DNA from: Leucoraja ocellata
Lineage: Eukaryota
Length of the DNA stretch: 64,000 nt
Assembly (NCBI GenBank): GCA_036785375.1
Contig: JAWMAR010000033.1
Span: forward strand, 3,224,001 to 3,288,000
Direction: 5' to 3'
A model generated the notes under the pieces. It did no database searches. It had not been told where the DNA came from and saw only the letters and a list, made by a program, of their open reading frames with translations. A program made the position numbers and the translations under genes. Below, in pieces: positions 36,621 through 49,632 of this stretch; the first letter of the stretch is position 1; each line of letters opens with the position of its first letter.

Positions 36621-38089
36621 TATGTGAACTGGTCATCTCCCACTCTGCATGGAAGTTAAAATCTCCACTTTAAGCCACTGTGTTTCTGCATTTATACTTC
36701 GGGGAGTCCACACAATTTCCAATTTGGCTGTAAAATCTTTAACAATGACGTGGTTTAACTAATTTACCTTTTAAATTGTTTATTGGTCTTGAAGTCTGAG
36801 CCAATGGGTTCTAAGCCAGTTTTGTACCACTGTTGTGCATTTTATTTCTCAGTAAGGTCTAATTAAGAGAGCAGACTATGAGCTGACAAATTTTTGGACC
36901 CATTGATTTTTATCTGTTCGCCAAGTAATTGCTTTTTATGCTTTTGCCATTCGCACATCACAGACAATTCCTTTTGTTCATTCTTCCCTTCTCTCCTCTC
37001 ATTGCATCAATCATTTTGATTTTAGATTTTGTTTGCATTTCTGACAATTATTTATACAATGTTAACTCTGTTTCTCTTTCGCTATTCATCCCATCAGATT
37101 TTGTTTTTGAATCTGCCACCCCATCTCAAATATTCGATTAAGCTTTGGGTAAATCTATGCTTTTCTACATCCTGGTTCACCATCTATTTTCTTTTGTCTA
37201 ACTGCCACCTTGGTTTAATGCCAGCTTTGCTTGATGGAGGATGAGTTTCATTTTTGAAGAACAGGATGTTCTATTTTATTTTTCAAAATTCTTGTACAAA
37301 ATACATTGCAAACCTAACAAAAAAAAGTGTTTTATCTGTGACTTAGAAGGAAATATTCAACTGCCCATAATCATGGTGTCAGGGTATGTGGCGTCAACTT
37401 GATGCATTTCATGACTGAAAATTTATCTTCAAGAACTATGTAATTAAAATACAGATTGACATCTGGTAGTATTATTTAGTCAAGAATTGTATTTGAATTT
37501 AAATTGGCACTTGGTGTACTCATCACATGGAAAACATGGTGCAAAGGAGGAATTGTCCTGAGGGCTAGAAACTTTGTTTTTATCTTTTAAAGGGTTTACC
37601 TTTGGATCGGGAAGTAGAAAGGATGTTGGCTTGTCTTCGAGAGCACTCGTGTTTTCCTTGTTCCTCAGCCAGACGTGTAATTAATTAAAGGTTAAATTGA
37701 TTTGGACCTTGTATAAGCTTATCACATCTCCAATTAAAGTTGGGCTTTAATTTCAAATGAACCATTGTTACCTTCTGACTTGGGATTTAAGCATGCAACC
37801 TGTCTGGTCTGATTCATTAGAGTTTAAAATCCCAGCGTACTTGAAGTCACCATGTAATTAATTCATTGTTCAGTGTACTTGAAGGAAATTCTAGAAATGA
37901 CCAGAGCTACAAAACATCATAAATCTGGCTGCTGTTATTTCACTTTCAATGCTGAAAATGCAAACCTGTTTGGCTATTTTGCTTCTTTTCTATTTATTTT
38001 ATCAGTTTTTCGATGGGATTTTGGATGGTGATTTGTATTCTTCAGCAAAGGACACCATTGATAACTGCTAATTTCCTCAATTATTAGTT

Positions 38090-39465
38090 AATGAGATATT
38101 TCTGGACTGTGACCCCACTGCTGGACATCAGGACAATGTTTTGCAGGCAGTCGCCTACCTCATTTTTCTCTGGAGATTTTCATTCTTCAGCTTCCAGCTT
38201 TAGCACCCAACCACAATCAACTTGCTCTGACTTCTGCAAGATCCACAGGCAGGACTGCCTCACAGACCCGTTGTTTCAGGGTTTTCTTGTCACATGAAAC
38301 TTGATTTTATTCCACCCTGTTTGTATCTGACTCTTCTGTTGACCTTCATTATCAATTTCTTGTTCCAGCTGCCTCATTTTTGTCATGGATGACAAATCCT
38401 TTCTGCATTCACAACCTCATTGCTTTTGCTTTTCTTTGAACCCTCCTTCACCCTCCTTCATCTGAATAAACCTATGTCCGCAATGAACAAATTATTTGAC
38501 TTTACTCACTCTATTAAACTCTTCCATCCCTTTTTGTAAACAGCTTCTCTACCTGCATCCCAGATAAAAGGGAAATGACCTTATCCTTTATACATCCGTA
38601 GACTTTCATAGGTATGGTGACCACACTCCATCCACCCTGCTTCCTGAAGGGTTTTATTCCTTCTCAGTCTCTGGCTCAGTTGAATCTCTTCGTGTGATGT
38701 TACCTGCAAAGATATATTTTTCCTTAATTGTGGCTTCCCTCCACCATAGGTACCATGCTCCATTTGCTGGTTCTCCTTGACCTTCTCTTCCACCACAACA
38801 CTCTGCAGATTCAATATATTCTCTTTAATTACTGCCTTACTCAATTAATGTCACCACTAAACTGATATTTCCCTCCTCTCCTTTCAGCATTCCTGAGGGA
38901 CCCTACCCTCTGTGGGCTTCATTCTTTCATTTTCATCAACACCATTCTCTTCTGTCAGCAACTTCACACATGGCTGCAGGAGAGGCAACAATAGTATATT
39001 ATTTCTCTTCCATCATTCTGGGACGTAAACATTTATTTCAAGTGAAGCAGTGATTCATTTGCATTTCTCCCACTGGTGCTTACAGTGTGGTTTCCTCAAC
39101 ATCTGTGAAATCAAATGCAGACTGGGTGATATTGCTTCACATAATACTCCAATAGAGTCTTTAGGGGTTGTTGTGACATTCCAGATGTCTGACACATTAA
39201 TTCACCATCTTATTCCCACTCTAAGATCTGTTTATGGTTTCTTATATGTTCCAGTGAAAGTTAATGTATGCTAGAGGAACAGCGTCACATTCTCTGACTA
39301 GACACATTACATCCCTCAGGACTTGATTGAATTCAATAATTTCACAAACCAATCTTTCCAAATTTTATCTGGTTTGCATAGTTCTAGTAAAGTCTAACTT
39401 TACAAGTTGATGATTTTTGTTTCTCTCAGCCAATGTTGCCTAACCAGTTGAGCATTTCCAGCATT
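38090..39465 (+). mobile_element. Old Penelope-like element (RT end, GIY-YIG and terminus), heavily mutated
   Basis: 39030-39345 is collinear with the GIY-YIG region at 11850-12185 (e.g. CGFLNICEIKCRLGD). A terminus remnant lies at about 39430-39465. Confidence 0.7.
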
Positions 39466-39784
39466 CTCTTTAAATTCATTTTTTTCCCATCAAATGTAGT
39501 GTTTTGTTTCTCATTGTTGCCACACTTCTTTTTGCCCTGGCCTACTCATCACATTTTACTTACAACTTCTCCAGGCAGATCACCAAACCCTCAGCTCTTT
39601 CTCAACTGGCAATAACACCACCAGTATCATTTTGTCTTTGTTAAAAGCCCATCAAAGATTATCTCTCTTCACCCTCCCTCATATTTACAATGCAAAACAC
39701 TGTGATTCTAATTTTTGCTAATTCTAATAAGGTCAATGACCAGAAAGGTTAACTTTATTACTCCTTCCTGTGATGTGTTGTGTA

Positions 39785-39942
39785 CGGTGCATTCAGAAAG
39801 TATTCACACCCTTCACCTTTTTCCACATTCTGTTACGTTACAGCCTTATTCTAAAATGGATGAAGTTCATTTTTTTAAATCATCTATCTACACACAATAC
39901 TCCAGAATTAAGCAAAACGGTTGTTTTGAAATTTTTGCACTG
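39785..39942 (+). mobile_element. Tc1/mariner mini-element (internally deleted)
   Basis: TA|CGGTGCATTCAGAAAGTATTCACACCC...TGCACTG|TA. The TA flanks and CAGTGCA-type ends are typical of fish Tc1-like elements. Confidence 0.85.
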
Positions 39943-40737
39943 TATTTCCAGTATTTTATTATTTTTATTTTAGATTTCTAGGATCTGCCGTTGTTTTTGT
40001 CCTTTTATCATGGTCGTGGAAAGTGGCTTGTTTATAACGACTTGAAAGTAAAATAATCTATTTTAGAGATGGTTTGTAGTGATGGTCATGAATAGCAACG
40101 AATAATGTTTAAATACTCAGGCTGGTCTCGGATATTGTGCAGTACAGCACTTTAGATTAATGTTCCAATTTCTTATAATTCTTTGTTCTTTATTGCTTGC
40201 ACTTCATCACTTTATTTATAGTTCCAATTTTCTTCATTCATGAATGGAACATAATGGGTCCTACCAGGGTAAAGTGTAGGCAGTTGGACGCTGAAGCCAA
40301 ATGTCACACTTTATTTACTTGTGCTGGTCTTGAGGCACATTGGGCTGTGAAATAATTAATGAACAACACTATTAAATATTTTCTCCTTCTGACAAAAATA
40401 GATTATGTCTGATGACTTAAGAATATATATCATTATAACTTGCTGACCTAAGCAAATGTGTTTGTGTATATTAGGTATATATTATCCATTCATTCAAGAA
40501 TAAAGTATGTACAATTTATATTCATTCAAGAATGTTGGTTTATACCAGCATGTTATGTGATATAATTCTTCAGTCATTCTTCAGTCTCTTTTCTATCATT
40601 TATAATGTTTACAAACTTGCAGTGAATTTGCAGTTAGGAAATATAATAATACGTTTTCAGTTGCCCTTAACATCATTACCAGGCATTTTCCCCTGACACT
40701 CCCCCACTTCTCTTTCGCTTTCTTCTCAAGACAGTAA

Positions 40738-40962
40738 TGCCCCTGTCCCACTTAGGAACCTGAACGGAAACCTCTGGAGACTTTGCGCCCCACCCAAGGT
40801 TTCTGTGCAGTTCCCGGAGGTTGCAGGTGGATGCCGGAGGTTGCAGGTAGTGGAAGCAGGTTGGGAGACTGACAAAACCCTCCGGGAACCGCACGGAAAC
40901 CTTGGCTGGGGCGCAAAGTCTCCAGAGGTTTCCGTTCGGGTTTCCTAAGTGGGACAGGGGCA
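40738..40962. mobile_element. PIF/Harbinger-like MITE, second copy
   Basis: Same arms as 23789-24001, flanked by TAA/TTA, with internal GGAGGTTGCAGGT repeats. Confidence 0.85.
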
Positions 40963-41829
40963 TTATCAGTTCTGCAACAGAACTGCACAGGCTGAAGCAG
41001 TCTAAACCCATTTTTCTTTATGACTGTTCTTCTGAGATCAAGACCAAACCTAATTCTATCATGTAATTTTATAAAGTCCATTCAAATTTCTTCCTGAACA
41101 TAATGTGATAATCAAAAGGTTATCATGTTGAATAAGATTTTAAACGCAAGTCCAGTCTGAGTCTTCAGAAACATGTTCAAGAGTCTATGAGCTTATTCTT
41201 GCTTTTGGAATTGTGAATTTTTTGAACAACTTCCAAGAAGATGTGTATTAACATTCATATTTGTCTGATGGTGCCATTTTAAAACAGAAGGTAGAAAATT
41301 ATTATTGCACAATACCACATATTTCAGATCAAAAGCGTGACCTGGTATACCTGCTGTAATAAAACGACTTTCACAGCTCACAGATTGCTTCAGTTGATGC
41401 TAATTGGTGTTGCCTTGTGACACATTTGTTCATTTAATTTGTCATGTGAGTAGTGCCAAAGCTGGCAGTGTATCTAAGAGTCAAAAGGCTCTTCTTTCCT
41501 TTTTGCTGCTGATACTAATAATTCTCAAGTATGAGTGGCAGAAGAAAAATTGTGCTTGTGAATTGATGCCAATCAGAAATTTTACCTTGTGGTCGTTCTA
41601 AGGATCTATTCTGAGTGATATTTTGACACCAGCTTTTGTTATTGAGTATTACTACAGGTTATTCCTTTATACCCTATTTTTCCCCAAATTTAATTGACAG
41701 TTAATTTTGAAAGAATTATTCAAAGTAAGATTTCATGCTGTCCTGGAACATATGAAATTGTCTTCTGTGTTTGTAATACAATTCCTATTAATTAGTTTCA
41801 AGATAACAATCAAGATATACATTCGATTT

Positions 41830-41978
41830 AAAGGTAGACAAAAATGCAGGAGAAACTCAGCGGGTGAGGCAGCATCTATGGAGCGAAGGAAATAGGTGAC
41901 GTTTTCGGGACTAGACCCTTCTCCAGACTCTTCTTTTGTCTACCTTCGATTTTTCAGTATCTGCAGTTCCTTCTTAAC
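41830..41978. mobile_element. Penelope terminal repeats, inverted and centrally deleted
   Basis: AAGGTAGACAAAA...TTTTGTCTACCTT arms, same family as 34737-34966. Confidence 0.75.
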
Positions 41979-43124
41979 CATTAGGTTTAAACGTTTCCTT
42001 AGCCCTGACTTAATATTCCTGACTTGTACATTAAATTTCCAACCCTTCTCATCTTACCAAACAATGGGATGTAATGCAAAGTGGTGCAGTGATGGGTTGA
42101 TGGCTTACTAATTATTTATATTAAAAAGCTCCAGGTTTTTAACTTCTCGAAGAATGGACTTTTTGCTTATCCATAAGGAAACTGAGATGTTGCATTTAAT
42201 ATTTTCCATAATCAAAATTCATTATTGGAGACAGTTTCCAGATTGGATACTGTCATTCTAAAATGGCATTTTGTGAGAGATAGTCAAGACTTAAATTGTG
42301 TTTTTATTTGAACAATTTGTGCAAATCAGCCTATTATTTAATAGTATTGACATCTGTAAGCTTTTTTATGTTTAACTGACATGATATTATAATTTGAACA
42401 AGAGCTTCACAGATTTATTTACAAAAAAATAGGGTTGTAAAGCTGTAAAGTCAAGCTAATATTATTATAAAAATAGCTTTTTCTTTTATTCTCTGGTTGC
42501 ATATTGCAGTTAAATGTATTAAGTAACTCCATATGTTAGTGTCCTCCAATGTACATTGTAATTTGCATCCAATTCTTCAATCATTACAATGCATCTGCCA
42601 ATCTGGCTTCGTAGGATCATGTAAGTGTCAAGAAAAGTATTTTGAATCAATCCTGCATTTTAAGTACGTTTTTCTCTTTAGCTTGATTTCCTTTGTTACT
42701 GTTAAATTTTTTTCTAATCTCTTTGTTCATGATTGAGTGGATTTTCTGCAGTGTCATTACAAGTATTTGTATTGTGATTGAGGCCCCAGAATTGTATGAA
42801 ATGACAAGGTCCTTGCAGAGCGTCACGTTGCAAAGGCATGGTTGCAGTGTCCCCAAAAATTGAATGATCCATCTTTGTGCTCAAAATCATTGAATATACG
42901 CGGGGGGGGGGGGGGGGTTGGCAGATGGGTGGAGTAAGTGACAAAGGCTAGAGATGATTAACGAGACACCAGGTGTAAGATGAGGAGTGAAAATATACAG
43001 CCAGACGGAGTGACAACCATTTGTAATTCTCAGTTTCAAAAGGGCTATGAACACATTGAGTATATTTAAAGTTGAACCGTAGATGTTTGGACAGTAATTA
43101 CCCCCATCTCTGGCAGTAACAGAT

Positions 43125-43426
43125 TTAGGCTAGAGTTTAGTTTTATTTAGAGATACAGTGTGGAAACAGGCCCTTTGGCCCAATGTGTCCACGCCGACCA
43201 GCGATCACCCATATACCAGTTCTATCCTACACACTAAGGACAATTTACAGAAGCCAGTTATCCTACAAACCTGCACGTCTTTGGAATGTGGGAGGAAATT
43301 GGACCACCTGGAGAAAACCCATGCGGTCACAGGGAGAGTGTACAAACTCCGTACAGACAACACCTATAGTCAGAATCGAACCCATGTCTCTGGCGCTGTA
43401 GGGGTGCAACTCTACTGCTGCCATGG
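43125..43426 (-). mobile_element. V-SINE (HE1-like tRNA-derived SINE)
   Basis: The reverse complement of a tRNA-like head, V-domain and (CTAAA)n tail; homologous to 49633-49948. Confidence 0.85.
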
Positions 43427-45069
43427 TAGAGCACTTTGGAGCACGAAAATCACTAGAGCTTAAGTGTCTCTTCAGTCATGTCACTCTATTGAGCTCTCAA
43501 CCTACAATGCTATCCTAATATCATGGGAAACTTAAACACTCAATCACCAATAAACCAGTAAGTATTGATGATTATGTTAACTATGTGTGTTCTTTTAGCT
43601 GCTGAATGCTAGGGTTCTCTTTTTGTGCTTAAAACGTTTTGCTGTTTTGCTATCGCCAACCATCTTAATTCTGGGGTAGATGAGTGTTATCCATATTGCC
43701 ATTTCTCCCACTCTAGTGAATTGAGTTGTGCACATAAGTAGCTCGTACAATTTGTACAGAACTCTATGACACTGCCCTTGTACTTGCACAATCTCAATGC
43801 AATCTATGAATTAATGGTACTTAAACCTTAGTGTTATTTTGTAAGTAGAACTTTGACTAACTTTCCTCCGTACCTCGACTTTCTAACACTAGGTGTTTTT
43901 CTGGAGGTTTATTCGCATGATCCCTGTATCCAGTTTCTCCCTCAAACACAAGCTTTTCAAATATTGATTGAGGAAAAAAAAGTTATATTGATTTTTCTCC
44001 TGACTTATGAATAGTTCTGAGCATGAGATGAGTGCTTAAATTCTGGCCCGAAGGGTTGGCAGTCTTACCTGAAACACAGCATCCGGGCATGGCAATAAGC
44101 CTGCTTATCATCTGTTTTCCTCCTTTACTGCTGCTTGTACTTGTTAATCTTTACTCTGGCTGTTTGGTTTGGATGGTGTTTCCTAATTGTGAGTCTACAT
44201 CTCAGCAGAATGGAGTGATATTCCACGAATTCATGCCTGCTCCAGATACGGTGAATCACATTGTGTGGTGCGAAATGGATGTTCCCACAAACTCTGACTC
44301 TGCTCGTTGCTGTTTTCAGATGTATCTATGGTAACACAATAAGAAGCATTTATTGCTTTCAGCAACATGCGCCTTGTATTGCACTCAACTGACACAATAG
44401 CACAAATGAGAATTTCATTGGTGTTGAGATCCTAACCTTGTACTGTCAGGCTATATGTTTGATAGAGTAAATAAAGCGAAATTGTTTCCAGTTGCAAAAG
44501 GGTCAGCTAGCAGGAGACATGGATTAAAGATGATTGGCAAAAGAACCTGCGGTAAGACGAAGCTCTTTATTTAGTGACAAGTTACTATGATCCAGAATAC
44601 TTTCTGAAAGATTAGGTGAACTAGATTCAGTAGTGGCACTCAAAAGGGAATTGGATGTCGAAGTTCAAATGGAAAAAAAATGCAGGGCTGCGGGGAGAAA
44701 ATATGGAGGAAAGATAGAGTGAGGAAATTAGATTTTGTTTTTCAAAATAGTCAGCATGGGCACAATTGGAAGCATTTCCCCTTTCTGTGCACAGTGTAAC
44801 ACTGTTATACAGTATTTTGTTTTTTGTATACTAAAATGGGCCGGTATGCACGATTAATAAACATACATATTATGTAGCTGAAAAGATAAAATAATGACAT
44901 TTAACTTTTTGGAGGTGCTGAAATGCCATCCCATCACCAAGAAAGCTCTGGTTATAAGGATACAAATTGGATGTTTCAATTAGCCATAAAAGTTTGAGAT
45001 CTATTTTTGTCAAATTCTGTCTGTATCAAAGAACCAAAGTTAAAGCTGGAACAATATTCTTTTGGAAAT

Positions 45070-45610
45070 CCAGTGAAGAAAGCAAATGGCATGTTGGCCT
45101 TCATAGTGAGAGGATTTGAGTATAGGAGCAAGTCCTACTGCAGTTGTATAGGCCCCTGGTGAGACAACACCTGGAGTATTGTTCTCCTAATTTGAGGAAG
45201 GACATTCTTGCTATTGAGGGAGTGCAGCATAGGTTCACAAGGTTAATTCCCGGGATGGCGGGGCTGACATATGATGAAAGAATGGATCAACTGGGCTTAT
45301 ATTCACTGGAAATTATAAAAGTTGAGAAGGGATCTTATAGAAATATATAAAATTCTTAAGGGGTTGGACTGGCTAGATCAGGAAAAATGTTGGAGGAGTC
45401 CAGAACCAGGGGTCACTGTTTAAGAATAAGGGGTAGGCCATTTAGGACTGAGATGAGGACGAATTTTTCACCCAGAGAGTTGTGAATCTGGAATTCTCTG
45501 TCACAGAAAGCAGTGGAGGCCAATTCACTGGATGTTTTCAAGAGAGTTAGATAGAGCTCTGCGGGCTAACTGAATCAAGGGATATGTGGAGAATGCAGGA
45601 ACGGGGGATG
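45070..45610 (+). mobile_element. CR1 LINE 3' fragment
   Basis: LYRPLVRQHLEYCSPNLRKDILAIEGVQHRFTRLIPGMAGLTYDERMDQLGLYSLE, with frameshifts; truncated at the RTE junction. Confidence 0.92.
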
Positions 45611-45611
45611 G

Positions 45612-46335
45612 TTGACCTCTATGTCAGCTTTTAATGAAAGAATGCTGCCATGGTAGGGAAAGTGGTCAACGTTTTCAAGAGTGGTGTCGTCCACTTTTAT
45701 GGTGGGTTGGGTAGACGGCTGGTTGGGTGGAGGTTGATGTGGGACCTGGGTCTTCTTGTTGTTTAAGGCTGGGCCCATGACTCTGTATGCTTTGGCAAAG
45801 GCATTCAGGATGCCCTGGAGGTCTTCTGTGGAGTGTGCTGCAATGGTGCAGTCGTCTGCGAACTGAAGCTCCATGATGGCAATGTTACTGACTTTGCTCT
45901 TGGCCCTCAACCTATTAAGGTTGAAGAGCCCACCGTGAGTTCTGATTGGGATCCCCTGTGGCAGCTCTTCACCAATGAGGTGAAGTATGGCAGGAATGAA
46001 GACGACAAACAGGGTAGGAGCGATGATGCATCCCTGTTTGACCCCTGTTTCTGCAGTGAAGGGCTTGGACTCGGAGCCACAGTTGCTAATGCCATCATGT
46101 AGAAGCCTCAATATTCTGATGTACTTGTCGTGGCAAACGTACCTTGATAACATGCTCCAAAGAGCCTGGCGGTCTACCGAGTCAAAAGCCTTTGTCAGGT
46201 CTATGAAGGCCATGTACAAAGGCTGCCTTTGTTCATGGCATTTTTCTTGTAGTTGGCATGCTGTGAATATCATGTCTGCTGTACCTCTGGATGGGTGGAA
46301 GCCACACTATGATTCTGGGAGTATCTACTCAGACA
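45612..46335 (-). mobile_element. RTE-clade (BovB/RTE-1-like) LINE reverse transcriptase fragment
   Basis: ORF MIFTACQLQEKCHEQRQPLYMAFIDLTKAFDSVDRQALW...GVKQGCIIAPTLF...ELQFADDC...TLENVDHFPYHGS carries RTE RT motifs, including the FADD catalytic box. Confidence 0.93.
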
Positions 46336-47873
46336 GTGAGGTAGAAGATGGTTTGCGAGAGCACGAGATAGGACTTTGCCTGTTGTTGACAGGAGCGAGT
46401 TGCCAAATAAAATGTGTAATGTCCCTTAGACAGTTGGAATAAATCAACTACCCAAATAAGAAATCATCATCTCAACTTTCATGACCTATTACTCACTTAC
46501 CAAACTCTAAGATAAATTATGTAAAAATGGTGTGACCAAATTATTTCATTAGTAAAATGAAAATCACAAAATTGCATATTCTGGAATAAAAAATGTTAAC
46601 TGTTTCTCTTTCCATAGATGTCCCTTGACCTATATATTTCCAACATTAAAAATCATTTTGAAAGGTTGTTAGCACAACTACATCTTCCTCAATGGATTAG
46701 AATTGAACTAAAATCATGTGTATACTATACAAGTTGGAAAGTTTAAACATGTGCAGTTGATGCATATTCTGACTCCCATTTTTCCCCTCCACGTAGGTTC
46801 ACTAAATATTTCATCCTATATTTCACACGTTATTGACGATTCAAGTTTTTTAAAAAGGCAAACGATTCTGACACGCAGTCTTTTTCCAGGATTTTCCACT
46901 GATGATGTCAGTCCCACTCGCAGTGCACCAATCACAATGGGCTCTCAAGCTGCCGAGTGCCACACCCCCGCCCCCCCCCCCCCCCTCCACCACGGGTTGA
47001 TTAAAGTTTCAAAATAAGCCAAAACTGAAGCTTCCAGTGACATCACAATGCCGCCCCCCCCTCCCCAACGGTACAGTGAACAGAATATTCCATCACCTTC
47101 CAGTTACGTCAGGGGAAGGCCTCATTTCAAAACCAGCTTCATCAGCTTCCCAACTCACACCGTCTGCACTCAGTCTAGTCAATAATAAAACCCGATCTTT
47201 CATATTTGATTATGTTTAATTATTACATGATTGCTTATTTGAGTTGCATAAAATCACCTCCTTTGTCCAGCCTCCCATTTAGCTGTTGGTTGTTGTACTC
47301 CACCTAATGTTAGAAGAGCATTTCAGAACTGCCTCATGCCGACTAACTTCACATACCAGATTGCAGAAAGGCAGCATTATGCTGTGATTATATAAGTATC
47401 AGAACTAGACACCCAAATCTAATGTATGAAAAGAAATTCCTATTTATAATTCTGGTAAATAGATGAAAGATAACAATTATGATGACTGTTGTACATCTTG
47501 TGTCTGGCTGGTATGATATGTACTGTACACTGGGAACTGTGTGCTCCACATCGCTCAAGACTTTTAGGACAAAATATTAGGACAAACCAGCAAGATCTGC
47601 ATCTATTTAAACTGCAGAAGATAAACAACTAGAGAAAATTTTAATATTTGGTATGATGCTTCTTTTTGTTAGGCAAAGTCATGAGAGGCTAGGAAAGAAA
47701 ATGCGATGAGATGGAGTTGACAGATCATCTTTGATCTAATAAGCGAGTTGAGTATTTCAACTGCATATGCCCAGGTCATAGGTCACTCGGGAAAAACATT
47801 CTTGCCAGCTGAGCTGCTGCGTGTGTACTGACCTGCATATTCATTTCAATTAGATCTTCTATTCTATTCTGTA

Positions 47874-49051
47874 TCTATATTACTAAAACTAAGATCTTGA
47901 CCACTTTCTGACTTTCTGTTTCGTGATTTCTGAAAGAACGCCGTCACTTACGGCCGTCATTTTTGGCCACCTCGCTCAAGAGTTCCCCTCTGCTGAGCTG
48001 GATTAGAGGATTTTTCTCATCGATGAAACATAAAAGAGTTATTAATGTTTTAAAAATGTTGACATTCTCTGCTGCCCCTGCTAGTGGAAGGGGGGAGGGA
48101 CTACAAAACCCGGAGGTATTGTGCCTCAGTCTCTGCAAGATGGGGGAAGTGAGAGGGTCACGTCTCTCAGTTTGAGCTGTGAATAACACTGAACACATGC
48201 CTACTAAACTGTGAGTGTGGTTTTACTGACCTTGAGTGCCCTTAATGTGGTTTGAAAATGTGGTTGGTTTGAAGTAAAAGCGCTGCAAATCGTTGGGTGG
48301 GGTTTTGGGTTGATGCAAAAGCGCTGCAAATGGTTGTTTGTGGGGTTTTGGGTTGAAGTAAAAGGCACTGCAAATGGTTGTTTGTGTAAACTTGACAACT
48401 TCCTGTTTGCACTGTATATTGATTTTAGATAAAACACTACCACTTATAGCTGTGATTTTTGGCCATCTTACTCAGTCCTCCTTCGCTCATCAGGTGCAGA
48501 TTCTTCCCATCAATGAAAAATAAAAGTGTTATTAGTGTTTAAAAAATGTTGAGAATCTCTCTCCTGTCAATCAGGACATGAAGGCCACACCTTTTCCGGT
48601 GAAGGGGGAGGGATTATAAAACCCGTAATTGTAGGTGTGACTCGGTCTCTGCGTGATGGGGGAGGGAGCGGTCACGATTCTGTCTGAGCTGTGAATCAAC
48701 TGAACACACTGAATGTCTACTGAACTGAAGTGTGGTGTTTCGTGTGGTTTTATGGTGGTTTCACCCTGATTGAAATGGTATTAAAATGCATTTGAATGTG
48801 GTGGCCTACCAGCCATGAGTGAGCTGCCAGCACATCAGGCTTGAGGACTGTGCTGCCACCCCAATAATCCATTTGGCCCACCATGTCCATACTAGCCCTC
48901 TGTCCCTTCAGCCCACAACACCCATACCAGCGCTCCAGAAAGCCCCCCCACTGGCCACCAATATTGGAATTGGTGGAGAGGTGGAATATTGCGTCGGGGG
49001 ACCAGCCCTTCCGTATGAACATGGGACCCAACGAGTCCCCACTTAGTCTAG
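47874..49051 (+). mobile_element. Full-length non-autonomous Helitron
   Basis: 5' end A|TCTATATTACTAAAA, 3' hairpin GGGACCCAACGAGTCCC (49023-49039), then CTAG|T. It is inserted between A and T with no target duplication. Confidence 0.85.
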
Positions 49052-49516
49052 TTGATTCTGTTTGCCACTGCAACTGTGTAACTTCATGTAAACGTTTCCA
49101 TCTACCTGATGCCAATCCTTCTGCCATCCTTCTTCCCAAGGGCAGAATGAGAAAATAACTTTTGATTATCTCTTCTATTATCTCCAGTTGCCTTTGGATT
49201 ACTTTTAGATAAAATGAACCTGCCCATACAAATTACTACAAAAACAGGGCACCAATACACCAATTGAAGACCTTGGTAAATTCAACTACCAATCAACAGT
49301 GGAGTTAATACCAGTTGACTATTGACTATTTTACCAAGGTAATACGAAGTGTACAGTTTCACAAGTGACACTGAATTTTTGCCTTGGAAACTTACTATTT
49401 ATGCGATTGATAGAATTAAAGAAGACAATCCTCAGTGAAATGCATTGACCCAACTTTCTGGGTGACAGAAAAGATTTTGACAGGTCAGCACTAAAAAATA
49501 GTGCTAAAAAAATACT

Positions 49517-49608
49517 AAAAGAAGGGTCTCGACCCGAAACGTCACCTATTCCTTCACCCCATAGATGCTGCCTCAGCTGCTGAGTTTCTCAGCATTTTTG
49601 TCTACCTT
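49517..49608 (+). mobile_element. Penelope terminal fragment with partial hammerhead motif
   Basis: AAGAAGGGTCTCGACCCGAAACGTCACC is intact, but the CTGA box is missing (CTAAAAGA). Confidence 0.8.
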
Positions 49609-49632
49609 TAACAAATAAGCCTACTTTCTTCA

